From Batkoa obscura (lineage: Eukaryota): a DNA stretch of 64,000 bases. The notes beneath the pieces are model-generated. The model saw nothing but the letters and a program-made list of their open reading frames with translations, had not been told where the DNA came from and made no database searches. The stretch is from positions 1,674,001-1,738,000 of the forward strand of contig JASVEC010000002.1 of the NCBI GenBank assembly GCA_030770535.1, written 5' to 3'. A program made the translations under genes and the position numbers. Position 1 is the first letter of the stretch; the number at the start of each line of letters is the position of its first letter. Positions 51,164-61,521 of this stretch are shown piece by piece.

Positions 51164-52050
51164 TTGATTAAACTAAGTATAAATTATAATTTTTAAGATT
51201 TTTTTTTAAATTTTATAAAGTTTTTGCCTTTATACAGTATCTATAAAAATTGTCTCAAAAATCGAAGCATATAACTTTAAACATTAATTCTTTAATGACT
51301 AATAACTAAAAGGCAAGTTTTTTTTGCAGCTATATTTAATACCAAAGTCTTAGCAAGAATTAAAAGGTCAATTAGTGAGAACACCAAGGTCATAGTTATT
51401 ATTAATCAGCCATTCGATAGCCCAATGTATGATATTAACTACGTAATACATCATTTGACATCAAGATATAAGGCTGAAAAGTTGATTCTCGAATACTTTG
51501 TATATTCACAATAGGAGCGACAGACAGTCCGTAGAACTGAAAGCTTCTTTTAGTCAAATATAAATCAAGTTTTAAGCCTTAAATACTTTAGAATCACTCT
51601 TAGCATAAGCATGTTTTAAAAAAATTTAATTAACGACTGTTTCTAGGATTCAATTGCTTAAAAACTGGATGAATTTTGAAATAGAATACCATCTTTCTTC
51701 ATTTAAGAGGCAGTAGTCTCAAGTGCTTTAATAACCAAAATAAACAGAATATGTTTAAGCCAGTAAACTTAAGGGATATTTTAACTGAAAGATCACATCA
51801 TAATAAAGTAGTAATATCGTCCTATGATTTTACTTTTGAAAGGAACAGCTAAGTAATATGAAGGCTCACTTCGCTTCTGTTCTCCAAAGGGTTTCCCACT
51901 GAATGGAAAAAAAAGATATTTTTATGTATAAAAAGTATTTTCAATTAATACAATTTATTAGTTTAATGTTAAAAATTTTGTATATTTGAATTGTTTATTT
52001 TGACTATAGTTTTTAGTTTTAAATAAATTCCAATAGTTTGTATAATATAT

Positions 52051-52144
52051 AGGGGTGTTTTTTTTGGCTTTATTTTTTCATCTTTTAAGCATTATTTGAG
52101 CGGAAAAATTGTTAGTAAAGTTTTTAAACACAAAAATATATCCC
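52051..52144 (-). mobile_element. MITE family A copy with an empty paralogous site
   Basis: Flanked ATAT/ATAT; absent from the duplicate region at about 48687-48700. Confidence 0.85.
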
Positions 52145-52748
52145 ATATACTGATCAGTGGTTAAAAAATTTGATGAACTTTTCTAGATAATATTTATTTT
52201 TCAATAATGAATTAGAGGCAAAGGGGCAGAAGTATACATTAGAGTAGTTTTCATTTTAGATATAAAAAGTATTTACTCTTGCGATTAGTAACGTTTTCCT
52301 TGTTTAATCAAAAAAGTGTGATTGTTTATTAAAGGCTCAAAGCTATTGTGCTTATGTATAACTTAAATTTTGATGTATTGACTCATATAAATAAGTCTTA
52401 ATGTTCCAAAAACATCAATCATTTAGACAAAGTTTACTACTAGCTCAATACTACATAAAAAAATACTATCACCAAGCACTCTTCAATTAAATACTACCCA
52501 TTAATTGAGTAATTTATTTCCTTACCTCTTCTTGAATTTATCTCCTTTATACAATTAAATCTAATGACTTCTAATCCCTCACTTTAGTATCATAAAATAT
52601 CTAAGAACATAGTCATTTATAAATATTAGAAAAAAGGAACTATTACTTTGTATTTAAAAGGAATATTATCATTATTTAAAAAACAACGAATATATTTTTG
52701 AAAAACTTTAATAAACTAATGCTCCTCTAAAAAAATGATCAAAAATTT

Positions 52749-52846
52749 GAGGATGTATTTTTGTTGTCAAGGATTTTACTAACAATTTCTTCACTCAAAT
52801 AGTGCTCAAAAATGGAAAAAACGGTGAAACCAAAAAAAATGTGCTC
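52749..52846 (+). mobile_element. MITE family A copy
   Basis: GAGGATGTATTTTTG...AAAAAAAATGTGCTC, flanked ATTT/ACTT; absent upstream of paralogues 4 and 5. Confidence 0.82.
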
Positions 52847-52884
52847 ACTTGTAATTATAAATACAGATAAATCAAAAACTATAT

Positions 52885-52982
52885 GGGAGTGTTTTTTTGG
52901 CTTTATTATTTTTTCTATCTTTTAAGTACTATTTGGGTAGAAAAATTGTTAGTGAAATTCTTAAACACAAAAATACATCCTC
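52885..52982 (-). mobile_element. MITE family A copy
   Basis: GGGAGTGTTTTTTT...AAAAATACATCCTC, flanked ATAT/ATAT; absent upstream of paralogues 4 and 5. Confidence 0.85.
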
Positions 52983-53517
52983 ATATGCTTAAAGCTAATT
53001 TAAATACACTAAGTTTTCAAATATTATTAATTAGCTATTACCATTAGCCCCCTGTTTACATTCGACAACAAGTTAAAATATTTGATTCAAATCTAAAAAT
53101 AAAGTCTTTGATAATAATGATAGATTAGGTCCTTGATAATACATATATTGGATTTAGTAGTATGTGGGTTTGCATGATTAAATATATCGTTTTTAGGTTG
53201 ATGGGAAATTAGGTAACTACATTGTAAGATCAATAAGGGGATAAAATATTAATTAAATAGTAGTATTGTATAATATAATTAATGAAGAATGTTGAAGGTT
53301 AGCATGAACAAAAGCTAAGTGCAGACAAAATAGTATAAAAAGACCAAGATAGCTATTCGAAATTATAAAAACAAATCTTCTTCTAAATCTTCTCCAGGTG
53401 AGTTATACTTAGAGCTACACTTACAAGTGAATATATACCAATTAAAAAGAATCTGTGATCCTTTATAATCAAACCTTTTAAGCCTCTTAAATCTTTGAAT
53501 ATCCATCTTTAGTCAAT

Positions 53518-54675
53518 ATGAAATTAGCCAATATTTTAACCACCTTTATTGTTACTATGGCCGCCATTGAAGCTATGCCAGTAGAACGTCGTACTTTTGG
53601 TTTACTTAATAAACTTAAAACGATGAAGAGCATGCATGGTGGGCACAAGAAGCCTACTGGAACTCCCAAAAACGATTCTCATAACGATAGTCACAATGAT
53701 AATAATACTAATAATGCTAATAACACTAATAATAGTAGCAACATTACCAATAACAATAATAAGACTAACAATAACAATAACAATACTACTAATAACAATA
53801 ACAATACCACTAATAACAATAGCAACACTGCTAATAATAACAACCAAATGACTAACAATAACAATAATGTTGTTAATAACCGTAATGATATTGTAAATAA
53901 CAACAGCAATGTTCTTAACAATAGTAACAGTGTCACTAATAATAATGAAAATGCTATTAATAACAGTAACAGTATAAGCAACAACAACAGCAACAGTCTA
54001 AATAATTCAAACACCATGAACAATAGTAACACTATGAATAACAGTAATACTATGAATAACAGTAATTCTATGAATAACAGTAATACTATGAATAACAATA
54101 ACTCTATGAATAACAGTAATAATATGAATAACAGTAACACTAATAACGTTAACAATTCTAATACCTCAAACAACGTTAATACTAGTAACAACACTTCAAA
54201 CAACAACGATATCAACAGTAGTACTAACAGTAATACCTCAAATACTAGTAATACCTCTAAAGACTCTTCATCTAACAACTCTTCCTCTAAGAATACTAGT
54301 GATAGCTCCAATAGCTCAACTAGTAAAAATTCTTCTGATAATTCTTCCACTAAGAATACTAGTGATAGTTCCACTAATAATTCTTCCGATAAGAGCACTA
54401 ATAATAACTCCACCAACAACTCTACTAATAACTCGAACAGCTCTTCCAAATCCAGTTCTAGTGAGAATAGTAAAAGCAACAAAAGCAGCAGTAGCACCGT
54501 TAATGGTCAAACTACTAGTAATGCTGAAAATAATGAAAGTAGCAGTGAAAAGAATACTGTCAATGGAGAATCCACTAGTAAGGGACATAAACTTCACTCC
54601 GTTACTGATAATGGTGTCACTAAAGGTGAAAAGGAAACTGAAGTTAATGGTGTAGTTACCAAAGAATCTTTTTAA
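53518..54675 (+). CDS. Secreted VERR-family Asn/Ser-rich protein, paralogue 6 (variant cationic, Met-rich head)
   Basis: Signal and VERR identical to paralogue 5; head TFGLLNKLKTMKSMHGG; seven NSNTMN-type hexamers; same C-terminal domain as paralogue 5. Confidence 0.9.
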   Translation: MKLANILTTFIVTMAAIEAMPVERRTFGLLNKLKTMKSMHGGHKKPTGTPKNDSHNDSHNDNNTNNANNTNNSSNITNNNNKTNNNNNNTTNNNNNTTNNNSNTANNNNQMTNNNNNVVNNRNDIVNNNSNVLNNSNSVTNNNENAINNSNSISNNNSNSLNNSNTMNNSNTMNNSNTMNNSNSMNNSNTMNNNNSMNNSNNMNNSNTNNVNNSNTSNNVNTSNNTSNNNDINSSTNSNTSNTSNTSKDSSSNNSSSKNTSDSSNSSTSKNSSDNSSTKNTSDSSTNNSSDKSTNNNSTNNSTNNSNSSSKSSSSENSKSNKSSSSTVNGQTTSNAENNESSSEKNTVNGESTSKGHKLHSVTDNGVTKGEKETEVNGVVTKESF

Positions 54676-54744
54676 TTGATTAAACTAAGTATAAATTATA
54701 ATTTTTGGTTTTCCTTAATTTTTATGTTTTCATCTTTTATATAC

Positions 54745-54843
54745 GGGGACGTATTTTATTATTTGAGAGTTTTACTAACACTTTTTCCGCTCAAATAGCA
54801 CTTAAAAAATGGAAAACGTAATCAAACCAAAAAAAATATCCCC
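54745..54843 (+). mobile_element. MITE family A copy
   Basis: GGGGACGTATTTT...AAAAAAAATATCCCC, flanked ATAC/ATAT, 70 bp after the paralogue 6 stop. Confidence 0.82.
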
Positions 54844-55072
54844 ATATAATTACTTTAAAGTTATCTTGATTGAATATTAGATATGTGTTTTGGTTTTCAT
54901 GTTCATTACAATGACACAAGGTAGTGAATTAACTTCTTTTAATTATATACTATAATTTAGATGGGTACTTTACTATATACATAAGGTGACTTGTGTAAGG
55001 CAATCATCCTAAAATAACGGCTTGAAATTAGATTTATTTGATTTTTAAGCTTAGAAAATCAAAGCAACATAT

Positions 55073-55167
55073 GAGGATGTATCTTTGTATTTAAGAGTTT
55101 TATTAACAATTTCTCTACTCAAATAGTACTTAAAAGATAGAAAAAGTAAAGCCAAAAAAAAATCTCT
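55073..55167 (+). mobile_element. MITE family A copy
   Basis: GAGGATGTATCTTTG...CTCAAATAGTACTTAAAAGA...AAAAAAAAATCTCT, flanked ATAT/AAAT. Confidence 0.72.
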
Positions 55168-55233
55168 AAATTGGGATATTTTTTACCAATAGCTTTTTTA
55201 CTATTTTGTAAAATTTAGAAATTAATCAGTATA

Positions 55234-55367
55234 CTGTTCAAGTTTGAATTTGCGCTAGCTAACCGTTCATTTTAAAGATAAAATTAACAAGTCTCAAACT
55301 AGCGTGATAGAGCAAATAGTAGGCTATAAAATCTATCATTTGCCGGCGCACATTCAAACTTAAATAG
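55234..55367. mobile_element. Inverted-repeat element (putative MITE family C)
   Basis: CTGTTCAAGTTTGAATTTGCGCTAGCTAA pairs imperfectly with TTTGCCGGCGCACATTCAAACTTAAATAG. Confidence 0.55.
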
Positions 55368-55556
55368 AGCTACATTCGTCAATTTTCAAAAAAATATCAA
55401 GGTCAATAGGTAAAAAACATCACATATTAAGCTCTAAAAATTCACATCATAAATATTACTGTTCTAATCTAAACTTGGATTGACGATTTTTAGTTGCATT
55501 TGAGGGTATTTTATACCCAATTACGGAAAAACAGAGATATTTGACTTGGTCAAGGT

Positions 55557-55705
55557 TAATTGAGAGAATTTGAAATATGCAAAAATAGTAATGGCCAATT
55601 AAAAGCTTCAAATCTCTCAATCTCAAATAGAAGTTGAGATGAAAATTGACAAAAGTACACTAGTCTCAATTGAGAGGTTAAATATCTCATTTTTTAATTG
55701 GCTAT
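55557..55705. repeat. Compound palindromic element
   Basis: ATGGCCAATTAAAA / TTTTAATTGGCTAT arms plus several TCTCAA / TTGAGA sub-repeats. Confidence 0.5.
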
Positions 55706-56249
55706 AAAAAATTGTTGAATTGACTTTCTATTTTTCTACTGAGCAAATACAAAATTGAAATACTCCAATCTATGTTTAAATTAGAATAGGGATGATTATA
55801 CGGCAAAATTCAATATTTTTTGCTTTATCTGCAAAATTTAAAGTTAGGAAATTAGGAAATCAACATTACAATCTAAAAAATTCTGAAAATAAAATTTAAA
55901 AAATTTAAAAACTCAATTATTCCATAACTTTTATTTAACTTTTATAAAAACTATTAAAGCTTAATTAATAAATTTAAATTTTATTTTAAAAAAAGCCAAA
56001 GGCCCAGAAAAAGAGTGTATTCAATTTTTAGAAAAAAAAGTTTAAAATCAAAAAGCTATATACTTGTTAACAGTTAATTAATATATAAATTTATATAGGA
56101 AATACATAATATCACTACCACGCAAAATATAAATAACTAAAACTTTAAAGCTCTACTTATTATAGATCACGTTCTCGCTGAATTATATTCTTATGAGTCT
56201 AAAACCCTTTTTAATATTATTTGTGCTGATATTACAACCCAACTTAACC

Positions 56250-59200
56250 TCAAGGTTCTGTACCATCTTGATTATTATTCCTATTATTATTGTTGTAATA
56301 GTTATTGTTTTTATAATGATAATTGGGATGATTATTTCCTCTATAACCTTGATATGGATGATTTTCATTCGTTGTATTTGTATTCCCCATTCCCCCAGGG
56401 GAATTGTACTCCCTTAATGGATTACCTCTCCATCCACTACCATTGTTCGAATTCCTCGGTCTATGATCTTTGTAACCTCCACCACCACTTACACCTGTAC
56501 CATTGTCATTATAATTGTTCTTTTGATAGCGATGATTCAATTCACGATTGTTATTCTCTCTTTCATTATTATCAACTTTGCGTTCCCATTCATTTTCATA
56601 ATTATTAGGAGGGTATCTTTCTTTATAATAAGAATTAGCATAATGCCGTTCATTGTCTTTATCTAAATGTCTGGATTGTGCGCGATAATTATTGTTTCCT
56701 CCTTTATAATTATTAAAATTATTAGGTCCCAATCGACTAGAATGCATAGTTTCATTATTATTATTATTGTCCATACTATTTCCCCAATTTGAATCAAAGT
56801 TAGAATTAAAACCAATATTTGGTCGATTTTTGTTACGATAAATTGGATCATTAGGCTTAATTTCAATTTCTGTATTTCCCCATGGATCTTCTTCCGTTTT
56901 TGAATTCGTTATCTTTTGCAAAGAATGGGGATTACTTGGTGAAGGTGAACGGGATGCTTCTCTAACACTACTTTCTCTTGGATATTCTCCATTCGATTTT
57001 GTCCTTGAATGAAAACCATTATTACCCTTCTTGGAGGATGTCACACTTGAATCACGTGGCTCATTTCCTGCTTGATATACTTTAGGCGGTTTAGATGAGA
57101 TACTAGCTTCTAAAGTATCCATATTTGGCTCCTCTAAACCTTGGACATCAACATCCACTTCAATAGGAGTAGCAGCTTTTGAAGTATTAAAGTTACTTTG
57201 ATCATTCAATGATTTGCGAATAGTATTTGGACCTTCATCAATTACAAATTGTTGCCAACTCATTTTATTTTTTTTCTTATGCGGTGTTAGTTTATTATTA
57301 TCTTCTTTAGAAGGCGTTGAATCTTTTATTAATCCTTTTGAGCTGATAGACTTTGTTGAATTGATTTCCTTTAATATTTTTTTAACCTTTGGAGATACAG
57401 ATAACGGTAAATTAGAATATGTCATTCTATTTTCTAAGGATTTGAAAGAAGCTGGTGGATATTCAGATTTAACTAAAGATGCTTTTAATAATGATTCTTT
57501 ACTTTGTCTGGGTGGATCATCAATAGAAAGTACACTAACATTTTCATCTTGAGGTGAATCTTTAATTTTAGGTATTATTTCTTTATCTGAAGGTGTAATG
57601 GGTAATTCACATTCTTTAGAATTAAGTGCCGATTTTTTAGGAGATTTAAATATCAAATCACGATCTTTTTCATCAACATCTAAATTAAATATATCTTCAA
57701 CAGAATCTTGTTTTTGGCTTGTTTTTTTTCTACGTTTAGGAATAAATTTATCTGGATTTTCCTTTCTAAATTTCATTATAAAATATTTAGTTAAACTCAT
57801 TGTTCTTAAGATTCGAATCCTTTCTGCTGTGGCCGAAGAATACTGTAAACCATTCACCTTTTTACCCCCAGAGCTTGTTTTAGCTTCTTTTGATTTCAAA
57901 CTATCCACTTTTTTATTTTTAGGTCCTTGTTCAGGCCTATATTCCTTTTCTTTGGATGGATTTGAGTTTTTACGTGAGCCAGATTTCTTAGATTGGCTTT
58001 CCTGAGGTGGATCGTCAAGTACATCCAAGGTAGAATTAGTTGTAGAGGCTTCTTCTTCAGCATTATTTGCTGAAAATAGGGGCTTAGTAGCATTCGAAGT
58101 ATCTAACTCAGTATCTGAACCACTTTGCATTTTTGATAAGATACTATCATCATCAAACATCTCTTCAACTTGTTTACTTGAGCGAGAAGTTGTAGATTTC
58201 GCTATAGAAGTACGAGTAGTATCTCTATTAGGAAAGACTTCATCAAGTGGACCTTTTGCTAATTCCAGTATCTTTTGTTTTGAATAAAATTGCCTACGAG
58301 CTTTAAAAAAGCTATTGATTAGGCATTGGGGTTCTTTTTCACAAGGACATTGATCTTTTTTTATAGTCTGTAGCATAACTTTAGCTTGAGCTGGAGTTAT
58401 ATTGTAATCTAATTTTTCAAGGTTTCGACTAAAAGCTTTAGTAACTGACCGCCTAAAGCTAGATTCTTCTTTGTTTTCTGTCAAACCATCAGGAAATATA
58501 TCATCCGATAATGTCCACGGTATAAAGATTTCATCACCTCTATCAAGCTCCTGTAGAGCAAAGACACCAAGATGAACAACATTGGTATCGACGCCAGAAA
58601 CGAAAAAGCTCCTCAATTCAGCGTTGGGTGTGCAATTACGTCTAACATGGCATGCTGGGCATGAATTGAAACGACAATCAACTGCTAGGTTAAGATATGT
58701 ATGAAGCATAACTTCCGGAAAACAAGTACCAAGCACTCCATAGAGGTTATCTGGATCATCCATATATTCTGATTTTAGAACAACATTACCAGTAACTTCT
58801 ACTATAAATTGACCAGGTGAGACTTTAGATTGAACAAATAGACCTTCTGCCTTCTTACTAGAAGACCTAGTACTAACCCTTTTAACTTCAACATCAGCTT
58901 GTACACTATCCAAAAAGTCACTATCCATTACATATACGTTCTTTGGATCACTCTCGCCTTCTGAACTAGAGAGTAAGTATTTAACGTTGGGTATATATAG
59001 AGGACCAGGAATGGACATTGTCCTTTTCCTTATAGAAGCTTTAGTACGATGTAGAACCTGACAAATACTATTGACGAGATCTTCAGCAGCTTGAGAATCA
59101 TAAGCAAAGTGATCTTTTGTCTTATTACTTGGTTTAGGACTTGCCGAATTATTTTCATTGACGCTATCAATCTCATGCCTTTTATTATTCTTTTTGCGTT

Positions 59201-59684
59201 GAGGTCTAACTGTACCACTAGCATTTGGGGATGGAGCATTAGAAGAATTCCTTGTAGCCATTTTAGCTGTCTTTTTAGTCCTTTCTAACTGCTGTTTTAA
59301 TTTTTGTGCTTTACTTTTTTTACTTGCATTGGCAACTTTCTTTAATTGAATCTCACGCGCTCTCTAAAGTAATAAAATTTGTTAGTACTGATCATTTATT
59401 AAAAGAGTCAATTATAATGAAGCATTTATCTCAAGTTATTATGAGCATTTCACTCCTTTTGCATTCATTCTAACTAAGGTAAAATGGATTACCTCAAAGT
59501 CAAGCTCCCTAGGAGAGCATTGCTCACATAAATATTCGTCTGGTATTTCGTCTTCATCTATATCTAAACAAACTGCATGTTGCCAAACTAGACATTTTTC
59601 ACATTGAATAGTAAAACCATCATCATGAGTTAAGTCACAAATGCAACGAATTATTCCTGATTCATCATCTGAGTATTCCGCCAT
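56250..59684 (-). CDS. SET3: PHD finger plus SET domain protein (Set3/Set4/KMT2E family), 2 exons
   Basis: [28 protein letters not shown]...YLCEQC PHD finger spliced (about 59491-59364) to an exon with GLF...FIVEVTG...[12 protein letters not shown]...GDEIFIPW degenerate SET domain; long disordered tail. Confidence 0.9.
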
Positions 59685-60777
59685 AACTTTATAGCATAAG
59701 ATATTGTTATTGAACTATTGATAATTGATTTAAATTGATTAAAATAGAAGTTTAAAATTAACTATAACTATTTAGTTAAGAAAAGTTAATAGATATTTAA
59801 TGATAAAAAGTAGCAATGACTCCCCTGTAGCGCAAAAATGTACTGGGGTTTTGTAAGCTAACTACTAGAACCAATCGATGGGAACTAAGCTGTGATTATT
59901 AACCAATCCTTTTTTAAATATTTAAAACCTTTTTTCTTAGAGAGACTAAAAATTTACTTGAACACAAATTACCAGTAAAATAATGAACAATTTGCATTTA
60001 GTAAACCAATCATTGTTCAACATTCATCTATGATGCTTATAAATTTTAAACTTATTAAAATTTAAGCTTAAAAATGGACAATATTTTACTGATAATTTAG
60101 ATATATTTCATGCTTTTTTTATCTCAGTGCGAATAATTACTACTCATTTTTACTTGGTTCCATCAATTTTCCTTATGATTAGTTTTTCCACCAATCATTG
60201 GCTAATTGCTTCAGATATATTCTTTGAATTATTAGGATACTGTCACTGTACTGCTAGAAAATCTTTAATTTAAACACTTTTTCTATTTTGTAGCAGGTTA
60301 TTTCAATTATAAACAGAGTATTTATAAAAGTTGGCTCCCTTTCAATTTAAGTTAAGAAAGTAAAATGATTTGATATAAGATTGCATGGAATTACGTTGCA
60401 CTTTGTAAGTTGATTAAATTGAAGAATAAAATAATTTTAAAAAAGTTTAGAAATGCTGATTTAAGGACTTTTTATTGAAAAATTGTTATGGTTGAAAATT
60501 CATATTCGTTATTTTAACAAAAAGCTTGCGATTTTACTATTCCTTGGTTATCTTATGCACTTTATAATACTTAGTCCACTTTATTAAACCTTATAAATCT
60601 TATAATCATATTTAAAATCTATCTATTTATTATATATATATTCAATAGATAAGAAGTATTAACGTTTAATTATATCAAGGCTACAATTTCCCATAGTAAA
60701 ACAAATTTTAGTGTTGTTTGCATAAGTAGAAAGATTTATAAATCGTACATATTAAATTAAAAAAAATATTAGTTGAT

Positions 60778-61521
60778 TTATTTACTATAATTCTTATTTA
60801 AGGGAATGGATTGTTGAAGTGGAGAATTTACGTTTATATTAGCCTTATTTAACTTAGCACGCATCCTTTTTTGTTGTAAAATAAAGCCATGAAACCAATG
60901 AAGATGTAAAGGAAGTATGAATAGTAAAGTATAAACAGGGAACATAAAATCTAAGTGATAATAAAAAGTAAAAATCATAATATTATGATATAAAATACGA
61001 GTTAGAAAAAAACAAGTACCAAAAAGTAAATCATTTCTTAATGGTTTCCATATACTCCCTAAACTTAATATAAGTGTAGGAAATTCCATAAGACACATTA
61101 AGGAATAATAAGTTGTTAATTTCTTATTTATAAGGATTAATAATAATACAATATAACTTGTGTGATGAATCCAGCCAGTTAATATATTTAAAAATGGAAG
61201 GTAATATACAACGCCAAACAATAAGTCTAAAGATAATGCTACTAAAAAATAACTACATAAAAACTTGGAATAAAATGTTTCTGTTTTTAACCAAGTAAAA
61301 TCGGGATATTGATTAATTAAGTTGATAATAAATGGGATAGAGCCTATTGTTAATATTGTGGATGTTATTAATGAAAACAACCAAGATAATCTTTTAGGAT
61401 CTTTAAATGTATTGAAATTTAAAGACAAATAGAAAACACTAGTTAGCATAATACCGCTAAATAACATAATCTGTGGGTATGGCTCTTCATTAACAAACTC
61501 TAAAAATTGACTTATAATCAT
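60778..61521 (-). CDS. TLC (TRAM/LAG1/CLN8) domain membrane protein
   Basis: Multiple TM helices; DLLFG...YY, LTGWIHH, LMEFPT, FFLTRI, LHLHWF motifs. Confidence 0.85.
   Translation of the reverse strand: MIISQFLEFVNEEPYPQIMLFSGIMLTSVFYLSLNFNTFKDPKRLSWLFSLITSTILTIGSIPFIINLINQYPDFTWLKTETFYSKFLCSYFLVALSLDLLFGVVYYLPFLNILTGWIHHTSYIVLLLILINKKLTTYYSLMCLMEFPTLILSLGSIWKPLRNDLLFGTCFFLTRILYHNIMIFTFYYHLDFMFPVYTLLFILPLHLHWFHGFILQQKRMRAKLNKANINVNSPLQQSIPLNKNYSK

Larger units (their letters stand above)
48380..54740 (+). repeat. Tandem segmental duplication (about 48380-51240 and 51420-54740) carrying paralogues 5 and 6
   Basis: Near-identical blocks at about 48957-49355 vs 52339-52738 and 49530-50053 vs 53087-53610, plus the 3' coding ends; diverged homology from 48380 vs 51423. 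Confidence 0.9.

Noticed and set aside
28868..54497. Long Leu/Val/Glu-rich antisense ORFs and Ile/Thr/Leu-rich alternate-frame ORFs over the Asn-rich genes
   Set aside because: Expected shadows of AAC/AAT/TCT/ACT codon repeats; no independent start context or domain
32665..55167. Dispersed ~99-bp repeats or coding repeats as a CRISPR-like array
   Set aside because: Eukaryotic locus, no regular repeat-spacer structure and no cas genes; TIRs and TSDs indicate MITEs
56250..56800. Asn/Tyr-rich C-terminal tail of SET3 as a member of the secreted family
   Set aside because: Aperiodic low-complexity tail of a nuclear protein; no signal peptide or VERR head
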